The notes under the pieces are model-generated. The model did no database searches and was not told where the DNA came from. It saw nothing but the letters and a program-made list of their open reading frames with translations. A stretch of DNA of 64,000 nucleotides, taken from NCBI GenBank assembly GCA_045643965.1, contig JAZRGB010000023.1:12137-76136 (forward strand). The letters are read 5' to 3'. Positions 20,129-29,453 of the stretch are shown in pieces. Each line of letters begins with the position of its first letter. Position 1 is the first letter of the stretch. Source of the DNA: Candidatus Enterousia sp. (lineage in GTDB: Bacteria; Pseudomonadota; Alphaproteobacteria; Rs-D84). Made by a program: the position numbers and the translations under genes.

Positions 20129-21943
20129 TTATTGGATTCCAACTGTAAACTCATCGCCCCAACCTGCAACAGGTTGACCACCAATTGTACATTTCAAATC
20201 TTCAAAACCATCTTCGACCTGATGTTTTTTCATAACACTGCTGGTAATCAAACCACCGGCTGTACCTAATACAACAGCAGCAATCGAATCCGATGCCAGA
20301 CGTGCTGTATTAAATTTACCATCTTTGTCTTTCCAAACACTTACCTTCATTCCACCAACAATCGCATCCAAAACACCACTTGCTGCAGTAATTGCAGAAC
20401 GAGATTTTTCATTTTCTGAAACAACAACCGTTACATTTTGACAATATTTTTCAACAGACATTTCTACCCTTGTTGATATTTTATTATATTGTTCAGCAGT
20501 TGCATTTGGATCGTTACATAAATTTTCAAATTCTTGTATCAGTTGTAAAACAAAAGAATTATCTTTGCATACTTCTTTATACAAACCGATAGACGCCAAA
20601 TCAACAGCATCACATCTGAACGTTGTTATAGGAATAACTCCATCTTCTTCACCACCTGATTCAGGAATTATACATACTCCCCTACCTTCACGAATCGCAA
20701 ACTTTTTATTTTCACCAACACAATTACAATTTTTTCCATCCCATGTTGCGACAGATGTTCGCAAATCACAACACGCTTTGCCTTCTGGTGTTGAACGCGA
20801 TTCTTTACAACTTTTTTTATTTGGATCTGGTTCTGGTTTAACAGTCTGTCCATGTAAAGCATAGCAAACATTATTTGTTATATAATACGTTGCACCCGAT
20901 AAAACAGTTGCTTCAGAACTTGGCACATAAATATCTTTATCACCGAATGTTGTAACTAATTTTCTTCCTGTCAATGATGCACATGGGCTAAGTGCAGATG
21001 TACCATAATCTTCCCATACATTTCCACCATCCGAAGAACATCTGTATATTTTTGGATCTGTAATCGTTTTATTTGCCAAAACATGTGTTCCGGTCAGCAA
21101 AACCACTGTACCGTTATTACATGCTTTTTGCGTAACCCCACCACAAATCAAGGCCTGACGTGTTGATTCATGACCAACAGTTGGGAACAAATATTCATTA
21201 GAAATTTTAAACGATAGTGTTGGCATATCTTGCACTTCACACATATATCGTGTACCTACAATATTCGTCTTGGCAACACATGTATTATTTGCTTGATCCA
21301 GAACATAACCATCATTACATTCTTTAACCTTGCAGACCAATTTATCAATTGATTCACAATGCAATGTAAAACGCAATGCGTTCTTTGCAGTTAACTCTGT
21401 TGCTCGTTTACAAGCATCTTCAAACAATGTCTCTGGATAATCTTCACCAACAGCTAAATATTTTTTTACAGGATCTTTATTACCATTTAATTTAGGCACA
21501 GTACATCCCGCCTCAACAAACCTTGGAGTTCCTCTTTCATAAATACATTTATAAGTTGCTGATTTATTAATTTTTTTTCCTCTAAAATAATGCCCTGCAG
21601 ACAATGTTACAAACGGTTCAGACTCCCCTGTACAACTGGCACTACCGCACTGATACGCACCCTGTGACATATTTAAAAAAGAAACTTGATTAGTAGGCTT
21701 ATAATTTCTTTTTACAGATTCAGGTGCAGCTGCAAGTGCCGCTTCAATATCTGCCTGTGAAGCTACAGTATATCCACTTCTATTACTTGCTTTATTCCAA
21801 TCAGCATCACTTATAAACAAATATTTATCGCTACCTGGGGTATCCTTGACAGACAAATAAGCACCCTGGCCACACGTTGCAAACGCACCAGTACTGGCAA
21901 AACATACACACACCAACAACATTAATTTCAAAGTATTTTTCAT
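20129..21943 (-). CDS. Large cysteine-rich secreted/surface protein (hypothetical; EGF-like Cys spacing, C-terminal TM anchor)
   Basis: Signal peptide MKNTLKLMLLVCVCFASTGAFA, about 35 Cys in CxC/CxxxC clusters (e.g. CKVKECNDGYVLDQANNTC), and a hydrophobic C-terminal segment IAAVVLGTAGGLITSSVM. Confidence 0.6.
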   Translation of the reverse strand: MKNTLKLMLLVCVCFASTGAFATCGQGAYLSVKDTPGSDKYLFISDADWNKASNRSGYTVASQADIEAALAAAPESVKRNYKPTNQVSFLNMSQGAYQCGSASCTGESEPFVTLSAGHYFRGKKINKSATYKCIYERGTPRFVEAGCTVPKLNGNKDPVKKYLAVGEDYPETLFEDACKRATELTAKNALRFTLHCESIDKLVCKVKECNDGYVLDQANNTCVAKTNIVGTRYMCEVQDMPTLSFKISNEYLFPTVGHESTRQALICGGVTQKACNNGTVVLLTGTHVLANKTITDPKIYRCSSDGGNVWEDYGTSALSPCASLTGRKLVTTFGDKDIYVPSSEATVLSGATYYITNNVCYALHGQTVKPEPDPNKKSCKESRSTPEGKACCDLRTSVATWDGKNCNCVGENKKFAIREGRGVCIIPESGGEEDGVIPITTFRCDAVDLASIGLYKEVCKDNSFVLQLIQEFENLCNDPNATAEQYNKISTRVEMSVEKYCQNVTVVVSENEKSRSAITAASGVLDAIVGGMKVSVWKDKDGKFNTARLASDSIAAVVLGTAGGLITSSVMKKHQVEDGFEDLKCTIGGQPVAGWGDEFTVGIQ

Positions 21944-22013
21944 ATTCCCTTCCTATTTATTCTATCCCTTTTATTTTATCATATTTTCATTATCCTTCCA
22001 AGAGATAAAAACA

Positions 22014-22044
22014 TAAAAAAATCCGCCATTTGGCGGTTCTTTTA
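22014..22044 (-). terminator. Rho-independent terminator downstream of dnaA
   Basis: ccgccatttggcgg hairpin with flanking A/T tracts, just 3' of the dnaA stop. Confidence 0.65.
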
Positions 22045-23319
22045 TTTATATTCTGAAATCATTTGTTGAATCTGGGCAGATAATACCAAATCACTGGCCA
22101 AGTGTTTTTCGATTTGTTTAATTGCATATAATACTGTTGCATGATCACGACCACCAACAAAATTACCAATTTCTGACAATGACAAGCCTGTTACATTTTT
22201 CAATACAACCATCATAATCTGACGTGCCAATACCAATGAACGACTGCGACCATTACCACATACAGCATCATATGATACAGCCAATTTTTCACACATTTCA
22301 CGAACCATCGCACTTGGTGTTTTTGTTTTTTGCAATGTATCTGCCAACAAGCGTTGTGCAATATCCATATCAACATTTGCACCCATCAAATCTGCATATG
22401 TTTTGATTTTTGTTGCAATACCAGCAACCAAGTGACCATCATTTGCAGTACGTTGTGACAATGCACTTGCAACATCCATTGCAACACCCGCACGTTGTAA
22501 CATAACTGTTTTTACATGTGCATTTGGTGCAGCAATATCAGCAGTCAAACCAGACGCAAACAAAGATTGAACACCGCGTTCAAAACCAGTCAAATTATTT
22601 GGTGCTGCATTTGCAGTCAAAACAACGTTTTTACCAGCATTACGCAAATCTACAACCAATTGTACAAATTCTTCGGTTGTTGCTTTTTTACCAGACAATG
22701 TTTGAACATCATCCAAAATAAATGTATCACAGTTACGGCAGAAATCTTTGAAAGCAAAAATATTATGTTCCTTTAAAGAACGTGTAAATTCAGATACAAA
22801 TTGTGCACCACTCATTTTTACAACGCGACCCTGTGATGCACCTGCGATGCAATCTGTTAACAATGTTTTACCACAACCAGATGCACCATAAATAAACAGC
22901 GGGGAAAAAGAAACTGCACCCGCTGCCACTTTTTTACATGCAGATACGACGAACAAATTTTCATCACTGCATACAAAAGAATCAAAAGAAACGTTTGTTG
23001 TTGCAGCAACCTTGGCAGGTGTGAAAACCTGAGTCTGATTGTCATTTGCAACTGTTGTTGCTTTTTGTGCAACGCCACAAACAACAATTTTAACATCCAA
23101 ACCAAATTCATTTGCAACAGACTTGATAACATTTGCATGCACACTGCTAATAAAATCAGCAGAAAATTGATTTTGTGCACCCAATACCAATGTATTACCT
23201 ACAACATCAAATTGTAATGGTAAAATCCAGGATTTATAACTTGCAGAATCGATTTTTGCGGCAATCCCCCCCTTGATATTTTCGATATTTATCATTGATG
23301 GTTTTGCCAGTGTCTGCAT
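22042..23319 (-). CDS. dnaA: Chromosomal replication initiator protein DnaA
   Basis: AAA+ motifs (PLFIYGASGCGKTLL), sensor and box motifs, and a C-terminal DNA-binding helix-turn-helix. Start chosen at MQTLAKPSM with a strong SD (aggag) 8 nt upstream; the ORF track extends 15 codons further. Confidence 0.92.
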   Translation of the reverse strand: MQTLAKPSMINIENIKGGIAAKIDSASYKSWILPLQFDVVGNTLVLGAQNQFSADFISSVHANVIKSVANEFGLDVKIVVCGVAQKATTVANDNQTQVFTPAKVAATTNVSFDSFVCSDENLFVVSACKKVAAGAVSFSPLFIYGASGCGKTLLTDCIAGASQGRVVKMSGAQFVSEFTRSLKEHNIFAFKDFCRNCDTFILDDVQTLSGKKATTEEFVQLVVDLRNAGKNVVLTANAAPNNLTGFERGVQSLFASGLTADIAAPNAHVKTVMLQRAGVAMDVASALSQRTANDGHLVAGIATKIKTYADLMGANVDMDIAQRLLADTLQKTKTPSAMVREMCEKLAVSYDAVCGNGRSRSLVLARQIMMVVLKNVTGLSLSEIGNFVGGRDHATVLYAIKQIEKHLASDLVLSAQIQQMISEYK

Positions 23320-23447
23320 ATTATTTTCTCCTTTCCTTCCCTTAAAAGAGTGTCCCGTTTCCAAAGCATTTTCGAAACACCATATAATTAAAAATGACGT
23401 CCTGTTTTTTCAGTACGAATTGATAAAAAAATCAACCGTACTTATAT

Positions 23448-23546
23448 TCAGAACGCCCATTAATTTGACGTTCCAAATGTCCAGAACACCATTTCTTGTT
23501 GATGTCCCAATACTCAGAACGTCCCTTCCTTTTTGACGTTCCAATC
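23448..23546. promoter_or_regulatory. Three tandem ~33-bp repeats (cagaacRYcc...ttgaYgtYccaa) in the dnaA upstream region
   Basis: R1 23448-23479, R2 23480-23512 and R3 23513-23546, read directly from the sequence. Each carries a TTGACGTTCCAA-like motif. The AT-rich dnaA upstream region is a candidate regulator or initiator binding array. Confidence 0.5.
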
Positions 23547-23665
23547 TTGCTTTGAATACGTCAAATAATTTATAAGATATATTTCAGTTTACAATCAAAT
23601 ATTAATCAAAAAATGAACATTTATTTTTTGGCAACGATTCGGATTTTTATTGGTTTTCTGCGGTT

Positions 23666-23686
23666 TGTATATACACTGTATATACA
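23666..23686. promoter_or_regulatory. Doubled 10-bp perfect palindrome TGTATATACA-c-TGTATATACA
   Basis: Read directly from the sequence, 10 bp downstream of the dprA stop and inside the dprA-dnaA intergenic region. Confidence 0.45.
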
Positions 23687-23695
23687 TGAAAAGAA

Positions 23696-24718
23696 TCACA
23701 AACGAACGTATCCACCATCAACTTTTCGTACCAAACCTTGTAATTCTAACACTACTAAATTAGCCTTGATTTCCGAAACCGTTTTTTTGACAAGTTGTGC
23801 CAATACAGATTCTGACACAGGAATGTTTCCAATTTTATCAATCAGACTATTTTCCGAATCATTTTTTTCTGAATTTTTTATTTTTTTCACATCATTTTTT
23901 GACGTTTTGAAAAAATCTTGGGCCCCCATACACAGTTTTGCATCGCCAGACCGAATCAGTGAATTTGGTCCTATTCCCCGTAAATCCGCGGGATGCGACG
24001 GAATTGCCCACACATCACGACCATATTCAACTGCGAATCGTGCAGTAACCATTGATCCAGACTTTAAATCAGCCTCGCCTAATATTAATGTATCAGACAG
24101 ACCTGCAACCCAGCGATTCCGCTGCACAAAGTTTGTTGCCACAGGCACAAACCCCACAGGCATTTCACTTATAACACATCCGCGTTCTACAATTTCCCAA
24201 TACAACGACTCGTTTTCCAATGGCCATATATAATCTGCACCACCAGCCAAAACAGCAATTGTCTGTGAATTGCCACTTACACGCAACGCACCACGATGTG
24301 CTGCTGTATCTGTACCAATCGCCATACCGGATACAACTGCAAAATCATGTTCAGCAAATTTTTGTGCAATATCTGCAACAAAGGTCATACCGGTCGCCGT
24401 GGCATGACGTGTTCCGACAATTGACACCATTTGCTTAGACAATGTATCTGTATTACCACGCACTGTTATAACGGGCGGATGGTTTTTTAATTTACGTAAC
24501 CCCACAGGATATAAATTACTGTCATCTGATATATAATGTATATTATTTTTATATGCAAAATCCATTTCACGCATAACAGAATCACGGAATTCATTATCAA
24601 ACCCCATTGATTCTACAACCGCAGAAACAGACCCGAATCGTTTTATCAATTCCGCATAACGAACAGGCCCTATCTTAGGTGTACGAATAATCAATAACTT
24701 TTCAAATAAATCTGACAT
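23696..24718 (-). CDS. dprA: DNA processing protein DprA
   Basis: Rossmann-like DprA core (IVGTRHATATGMTFVADIAQKFAEHDFAVVSGMAIGTDTAAHRGAL) and a C-terminal winged-helix-like tail. Confidence 0.85.
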   Translation of the reverse strand: MSDLFEKLLIIRTPKIGPVRYAELIKRFGSVSAVVESMGFDNEFRDSVMREMDFAYKNNIHYISDDSNLYPVGLRKLKNHPPVITVRGNTDTLSKQMVSIVGTRHATATGMTFVADIAQKFAEHDFAVVSGMAIGTDTAAHRGALRVSGNSQTIAVLAGGADYIWPLENESLYWEIVERGCVISEMPVGFVPVATNFVQRNRWVAGLSDTLILGEADLKSGSMVTARFAVEYGRDVWAIPSHPADLRGIGPNSLIRSGDAKLCMGAQDFFKTSKNDVKKIKNSEKNDSENSLIDKIGNIPVSESVLAQLVKKTVSEIKANLVVLELQGLVRKVDGGYVRL

Positions 24719-24755
24719 ATTTGCAGTATACGATAAAACAGCAACATAAAACCAA

Positions 24756-24781
24756 TAAAAAATCCGCAGTTGCGGATTTTT
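24756..24781 (-). terminator. Rho-independent terminator
   Basis: aaaaatccgcagttgcggattttt downstream of the secreted hypothetical gene (minus strand) and upstream of dprA. Confidence 0.65.
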
Positions 24782-24786
24782 CTAAA

Positions 24787-25614
24787 CTATATAGCCAAAT
24801 CAAAGATTCCTTTGTATCGGTCACAAATATCTTTTACTTCTACATCTGTTGTACCGACCCAAATTTCTTTACTGCATTCCGCCTTCAGGGTCTTTAACTG
24901 TGAAACAAATCTGTTGTATTCCGATGCATTTTCATTTTTTAAAACAGCCAACTGTGAACGTAACAACTGTTCACCTTCCAGTGCTTTTTGTCCCATAACC
25001 TTACCACCAATGGCCTTGTTACCAAACAATTCCATTGCACCGACACCCAATGCAGCACCACCAACAGACGCCCCAACGGTACCTAAAACACGATTCTTTT
25101 TCTTGGCATCCAAAATTCTTTGACGCATATCATCTGCATTTACCCAAGAAGCACATGTAATTCCCTTACCCATTTCAAAGTATTTTCCAGCAACATCAGA
25201 AACATCAATTCTGCTGTCATCTGACGACAATTCAACCTTTACAAAACAAGTATTATTTTCTGGTTCCATTGTATCTTCAACCATCCCAGAATAATTATTT
25301 AAATTACTATAACGAGACGCCCAAACAAAAGTATTTCCAATACCTATATTATTAGACAAACAAGCATTACGTTCTTTTTCACGCAAATCTTTATTTGCGG
25401 GTTGCATTGTATTTGGCGTAACAGCCAACGAATCTGAAACCGTTACTGTTTTATTATTAGCCGCAGCCATCGCAGAAATTTGATTTTTTGATACAGTTGC
25501 ACGTGGTGCAGCATCCATCTGATTAGACATAGACACACGACCACGTCCCGCAGGTACAGCCCCCGCAGAACAAACAGCCATACAACCAATAAATAAAGTC
25601 AGAATTTTTTTCAT
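24787..25614 (-). CDS. Hypothetical secreted protein
   Basis: ORF 24787..25635. The likely start is MKKILTLFIGCMAVCSAGA (signal peptide). No recognisable domain. Confidence 0.5.
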   Translation of the reverse strand: MKKILTLFIGCMAVCSAGAVPAGRGRVSMSNQMDAAPRATVSKNQISAMAAANNKTVTVSDSLAVTPNTMQPANKDLREKERNACLSNNIGIGNTFVWASRYSNLNNYSGMVEDTMEPENNTCFVKVELSSDDSRIDVSDVAGKYFEMGKGITCASWVNADDMRQRILDAKKKNRVLGTVGASVGGAALGVGAMELFGNKAIGGKVMGQKALEGEQLLRSQLAVLKNENASEYNRFVSQLKTLKAECSKEIWVGTTDVEVKDICDRYKGIFDLAI

Positions 25615-25687
25615 ACTCTCTTTCCCTACTAGCATACATTTATATATATTATATCACAAAATCGATAAAAAATAAAGACTTTATAAT

Positions 25688-25722
25688 AAAACATCGGGCA
25701 GTTGCCCGATGTTTTATTTTTT
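25688..25722 (-). terminator. Rho-independent terminator of plsY
   Basis: aaaacatcgggcagttgcccgatgtttt with a T-tract. The plsY stop codon lies in the tract. Confidence 0.7.
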
Positions 25723-26301
25723 CCACTTCCACTCTATTTTCGATTCACTGCCAGAAATTAATCTAACTATATTTCCACGATGACGCCACATGCACAACAA
25801 ACCAATTGCTAAAAATGCGAAACCAACATTAATACTTATTGCAAATCCCAATACAGGAATCAAACAAAATACGATTGTTGCACCCAACGAAGAAATACCA
25901 CTGCTTAATGCAACCAACAACCATTCCAACCCACATACAACAAAAGACATCGGACTGACCGCCAACAACACACCAAACAGCGAAGAAATCCCCTTGCCCC
26001 CATGGAATTTTAACCAAACAGGATAACAATGGCCGACAATGGCGACAAAGCCACACCATGCCCCAAACGCATCACCTGCGACATATTTACCAATAAACAC
26101 AGCAGCAATTGCCTTGGCCATATCCAACAACCATACCAATCCAGCCATACGCAATCCACCAACACGCATAACATTTGTTGCACCGATATTACCACTGCCA
26201 ACCTTGCGTAAATCGCCCTTGCCCGCCAACTTCGTCAGCAACAATCCCATTGGAATAGAACCCAATAAATAAGAGATAATAATACTAAAAATATAAATCA
26301 T
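25714..26301 (-). CDS. plsY: Glycerol-3-phosphate acyltransferase PlsY
   Basis: 195 aa multi-TM protein with GSGNIGATN and HCYPVWLKFHGGKG motifs. Confidence 0.88.
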   Translation of the reverse strand: MIYIFSIIISYLLGSIPMGLLLTKLAGKGDLRKVGSGNIGATNVMRVGGLRMAGLVWLLDMAKAIAAVFIGKYVAGDAFGAWCGFVAIVGHCYPVWLKFHGGKGISSLFGVLLAVSPMSFVVCGLEWLLVALSSGISSLGATIVFCLIPVLGFAISINVGFAFLAIGLLCMWRHRGNIVRLISGSESKIEWKWKK

Positions 26302-26374
26302 GTTATTTTTCCTTGATTTTATGTTTGTTTTTTATAAAATACCAGAAACATTTCGAAAATAAAAGGAAAATAAC

Positions 26375-26635
26375 GTGGCAAATCATAAGTCATCTGAAAA
26401 AAGAATTTTGGTATCGGCCAAAAAGAACGCAATCAACACAGCACGCCGCAGTGCAGTTAAAACAGCAACAAAGAAAGCATTGGCTGCTGTTGCATCTGGG
26501 GACAAGGCTGCTGCTACAACAGCTGCACGTAACGCAGAAAGCAAGATTATGAAATCTGCTGGCAAAATCATGCCAAAGAAACGTGCTGCACGCAAAATTT
26601 CGCGTTTGGCCAAAAAAGTTTCCAAAATGGCTTAA
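26375..26635 (+). CDS. rpsT: 30S ribosomal protein S20
   Basis: MANHKSSEKRILVSAKKNAINTARRSAVKT..., an 86 aa basic protein. Confidence 0.9.
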   Translation: MANHKSSEKRILVSAKKNAINTARRSAVKTATKKALAAVASGDKAAATTAARNAESKIMKSAGKIMPKKRAARKISRLAKKVSKMA

Positions 26636-26649
26636 TAAAATTCAGAATT

Positions 26650-26679
26650 AAAAAATCCCCCGATTGGGGGATTTTTTTT
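26650..26679 (+). terminator. Rho-independent terminator of rpsT
   Basis: aaaaatcccccgattgggggatttttttt. Confidence 0.8.
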
Positions 26680-26721
26680 AGTTCCTTGCAAATTTTTAAC
26701 AAAACGTGTAAATTATATGGT

Positions 26722-27570
26722 ATGAAAACAAAACGTTTATTTCTGTTTGCAGGCTATCATCCAAAAAACATTGTTGATGATGCACTGACCTATTACGTAA
26801 AATCATTATCCAAATTTGGTGATGTTGTTCTGTGTATGGACTGCGATTGTCCAACATCAGAAACAAACAAACTAAAGAAATACACACTGCACACAATCGC
26901 CACGCGTCATGGTGAATATGATTTTGGTTCATACAAACGTGCGTATTTATGGGCGTATGAAAATTTAAAACTGACCGATTATGATTTTGTATATCTGGTA
27001 AACGATTCTGTTTATGGCCCAATGTACCCATTGGAACGATATTTTGATGCAATGGAAAATATGGGACATGATGCATTTGGTCTGGTTACCAAAAATCGTA
27101 CATCACATCCCCATATACAATCTTGGTTTATCGGTACAAAACCTGACATTTTCTTATCCGATTGGTTTGACAGTTTTATGCGTAATATCAAAAAGTTGGC
27201 CAACAAAGGTCAAATAACTTCTCAATATGAAAACGGATTTTCAAAATTGGTTCTTGAACACGGTTCCACATGGGATTGTTTATATTCTGTATTCAATCGT
27301 GGCGTATATAACAAGGTAAAAAAACTATATAAATCAGGCATGCCGTTTATGAAAAAGGTTGCATTTACCCGCAATCATGGTGGACTGGGACGTCAGGTTT
27401 TATACGTATTGAATCACGTTGATAAGAATCTGTCGGATGCAATTTTATCATCTGCAAAGCAGCAATATGGCGAAAAACAAGTTAAATGGTTACTGACCAA
27501 GAACCCGATAAAAACCGCATTCCGAAATATCCGACATATATTATGTAAAGTATTTATAGAGGGAATATGA
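26722..27570 (+). CDS. Polysaccharide biosynthesis protein, rhamnan-synthesis-F (RgpF)-like glycosyltransferase
   Basis: ORF 26686..27570. Start chosen at MKTKRLFLFAGYHPKN (26722). An EYDFGSYK motif and the overall pattern are reminiscent of the RgpF family. The assignment is tentative. Confidence 0.45.
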   Translation: MKTKRLFLFAGYHPKNIVDDALTYYVKSLSKFGDVVLCMDCDCPTSETNKLKKYTLHTIATRHGEYDFGSYKRAYLWAYENLKLTDYDFVYLVNDSVYGPMYPLERYFDAMENMGHDAFGLVTKNRTSHPHIQSWFIGTKPDIFLSDWFDSFMRNIKKLANKGQITSQYENGFSKLVLEHGSTWDCLYSVFNRGVYNKVKKLYKSGMPFMKKVAFTRNHGGLGRQVLYVLNHVDKNLSDAILSSAKQQYGEKQVKWLLTKNPIKTAFRNIRHILCKVFIEGI

Positions 27571-28415
27571 TAAAAAACAACCAAAAACTTAAACGCGTTG
27601 CAGTTATAACAATGGCCAGAAATGATGAATTTTTTCTGACCCGTTGGATTAAATATTATGGCGAACAATTTGGTTCAGAAAATCTGTATATCTATTTGGA
27701 TGGACTGGATAATAACACACCAGAAAATTCGGACAATGCACATATAACCAAACTGCCCCACCATGACATGTCACGAAGTGATGGCGACAAATATCGCATT
27801 GGTCTGATATCTGATTTAGCGAACAAATTATTAAAAGAATACGACATTGTTATTGGTTGCGACTGTGATGAATTTTTGGTTGTTGACCCAAATACAAATA
27901 TGACATTACACAAATATTTATCTCAGAAAAAATTCAACACCACATTGTCTGGAATTGGACTGGATGTTGGTCAGCATATGAAACACGAAAAAACACTGAA
28001 TAAATCAAAACCATTTTTATCCCAGCGTGCGTTTGCATTATTATCTACACGATACACAAAACCAGTCGTTATAAATCGTCCTGTACGTTGGGGTTCTGGC
28101 TTTCACCGCATAAAGAATCACAACTTTCATATCGACAAGAATTTATACCTGTTACACTTTGGTGCTGTTGATATGAAAATGCTGGAAACCAAGGCTGCCG
28201 CACGCGGCACAGACTGGTTAAATCATCTGCGTCGTCGCGGGAACGGAACAATTAACGATGTAACAAATCGCCCTGCCCGTGGTGAATTCTGGATAAAACT
28301 AGCACGCAAAATTCAGACTTACATTCGTGCACCATACGCAATTAATAAACCAAATATGCTGGGATTAAAAATTGTTGTAAAAATCCCAGAACGCTTAAAA
28401 AAATCAGGCGTTTAA
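27567..28415 (+). CDS. GT-A fold glycosyltransferase (family-2/92-like; DxD motif CDCDEF)
   Basis: N-terminal VAVITMARNDEFFL and DxD (GCDCDEF). It overlaps the upstream gene by 4 nt, indicating operonic arrangement. Confidence 0.45.
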   Translation: MIKNNQKLKRVAVITMARNDEFFLTRWIKYYGEQFGSENLYIYLDGLDNNTPENSDNAHITKLPHHDMSRSDGDKYRIGLISDLANKLLKEYDIVIGCDCDEFLVVDPNTNMTLHKYLSQKKFNTTLSGIGLDVGQHMKHEKTLNKSKPFLSQRAFALLSTRYTKPVVINRPVRWGSGFHRIKNHNFHIDKNLYLLHFGAVDMKMLETKAAARGTDWLNHLRRRGNGTINDVTNRPARGEFWIKLARKIQTYIRAPYAINKPNMLGLKIVVKIPERLKKSGV

Positions 28416-28444
28416 AAAATCCCTTTTCAGGGATTTTTTATTTT
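28414..28444. terminator. Bidirectional Rho-independent terminator
   Basis: aaaaaatcccttttcagggattttttatttt between convergent glycosyltransferase genes. Confidence 0.75.
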
Positions 28445-29448
28445 ATAAACTCTTCTATTCTGCCTTTATATTTCTTTGCACGCCCATTACAAGACACATC
28501 ACACACACCGGATTTATATAATTCGTCCACAGATTTTCGTGCAACATTAATATCTTTTTCTTCTGATAACCCCCGCACCTTTTGCATCATAGTAATTACA
28601 AAAGGCCACAAGAATTCACGATTAAAATGCTTAAATTCCCCAGCAATCGCTTTTTCTTTATATAAATTATATGAATAAATCAAACCGTGCACCAATGACT
28701 TAATCATAAATAAATCCTTGGCAGAATTTAAAGACGAAGTCGCATTTGGCATATAAAAATACAATGGCAACCGTAACATAACGGTCTTTGGCCGTGCCAA
28801 TAATATCGATACCCACCAAGGAAAATCTTCGATAATAATTCCACGTATAAATGGTGTTTTTTTAACCAAATCTGCACGATACAACGCCAACACAGGATAA
28901 CAATGTTTTCTGGTTGGACGTTTTACATGCCATGTTCTATTTTTTTCTGTTGCATGAAAAATAACATTTTTCAAAGAATATATGCGTTCATTTCCATATT
29001 TCTTATTTTTATTTTCCGGCAAAACATCTGTAATATCGACCCCTTGTAACATTTTTTTTCGCAGTCTATTATGAAATTTTACATCATGATCAAACATCAC
29101 CATATCTGCATTTTTTTGTTTTGCAGCATTATATGTTAATTCCAGTGTTTGCAAATGAATAAAATCATCACTGTCCAAAAACAATATATAATCACCAGTC
29201 GCATGTTGTACACCAATATTTCTGGCATCAGATTGTCCACCATTTTCTTTATGTATTACAACAAAGCGTTTATCACGTTTTGCATATTCGTCGGCGATTT
29301 CACCAGATTTATCTGGACTGCCATCATCGACACAAATCGCCTGCCAGTCTGTAAAAGTCTGATTTAATACACAATCCAAACATCTTCGCAGATATTTTTC
29401 AACATTATATATTGGTATAATTATTGAAATCTTTGGATTTTTTTTCAT
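28438..29448 (-). CDS. Glycosyltransferase family 2 (paralog A)
   Basis: ISIIIPIYNVEKYLRRCLDCVLNQTFTDWQAICVDDGSPDKSGEIADEYAKRDKRFVVIHKENGGQSDARN, the GT2 GT-A signature. Its N-terminal 100 aa are nearly identical to the adjacent paralog. Confidence 0.85.
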   Translation of the reverse strand: MKKNPKISIIIPIYNVEKYLRRCLDCVLNQTFTDWQAICVDDGSPDKSGEIADEYAKRDKRFVVIHKENGGQSDARNIGVQHATGDYILFLDSDDFIHLQTLELTYNAAKQKNADMVMFDHDVKFHNRLRKKMLQGVDITDVLPENKNKKYGNERIYSLKNVIFHATEKNRTWHVKRPTRKHCYPVLALYRADLVKKTPFIRGIIIEDFPWWVSILLARPKTVMLRLPLYFYMPNATSSLNSAKDLFMIKSLVHGLIYSYNLYKEKAIAGEFKHFNREFLWPFVITMMQKVRGLSEEKDINVARKSVDELYKSGVCDVSCNGRAKKYKGRIEEFIK

Positions 29449-29453
29449 ATTTA

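Noticed and set aside
23700-23721. DnaA-box-like TATCCACC near the dnaA upstream region
   Set aside because: It lies inside the dprA coding sequence, is a single imperfect match, and may be chance. The tandem 33-bp repeats and the palindrome are reported instead.
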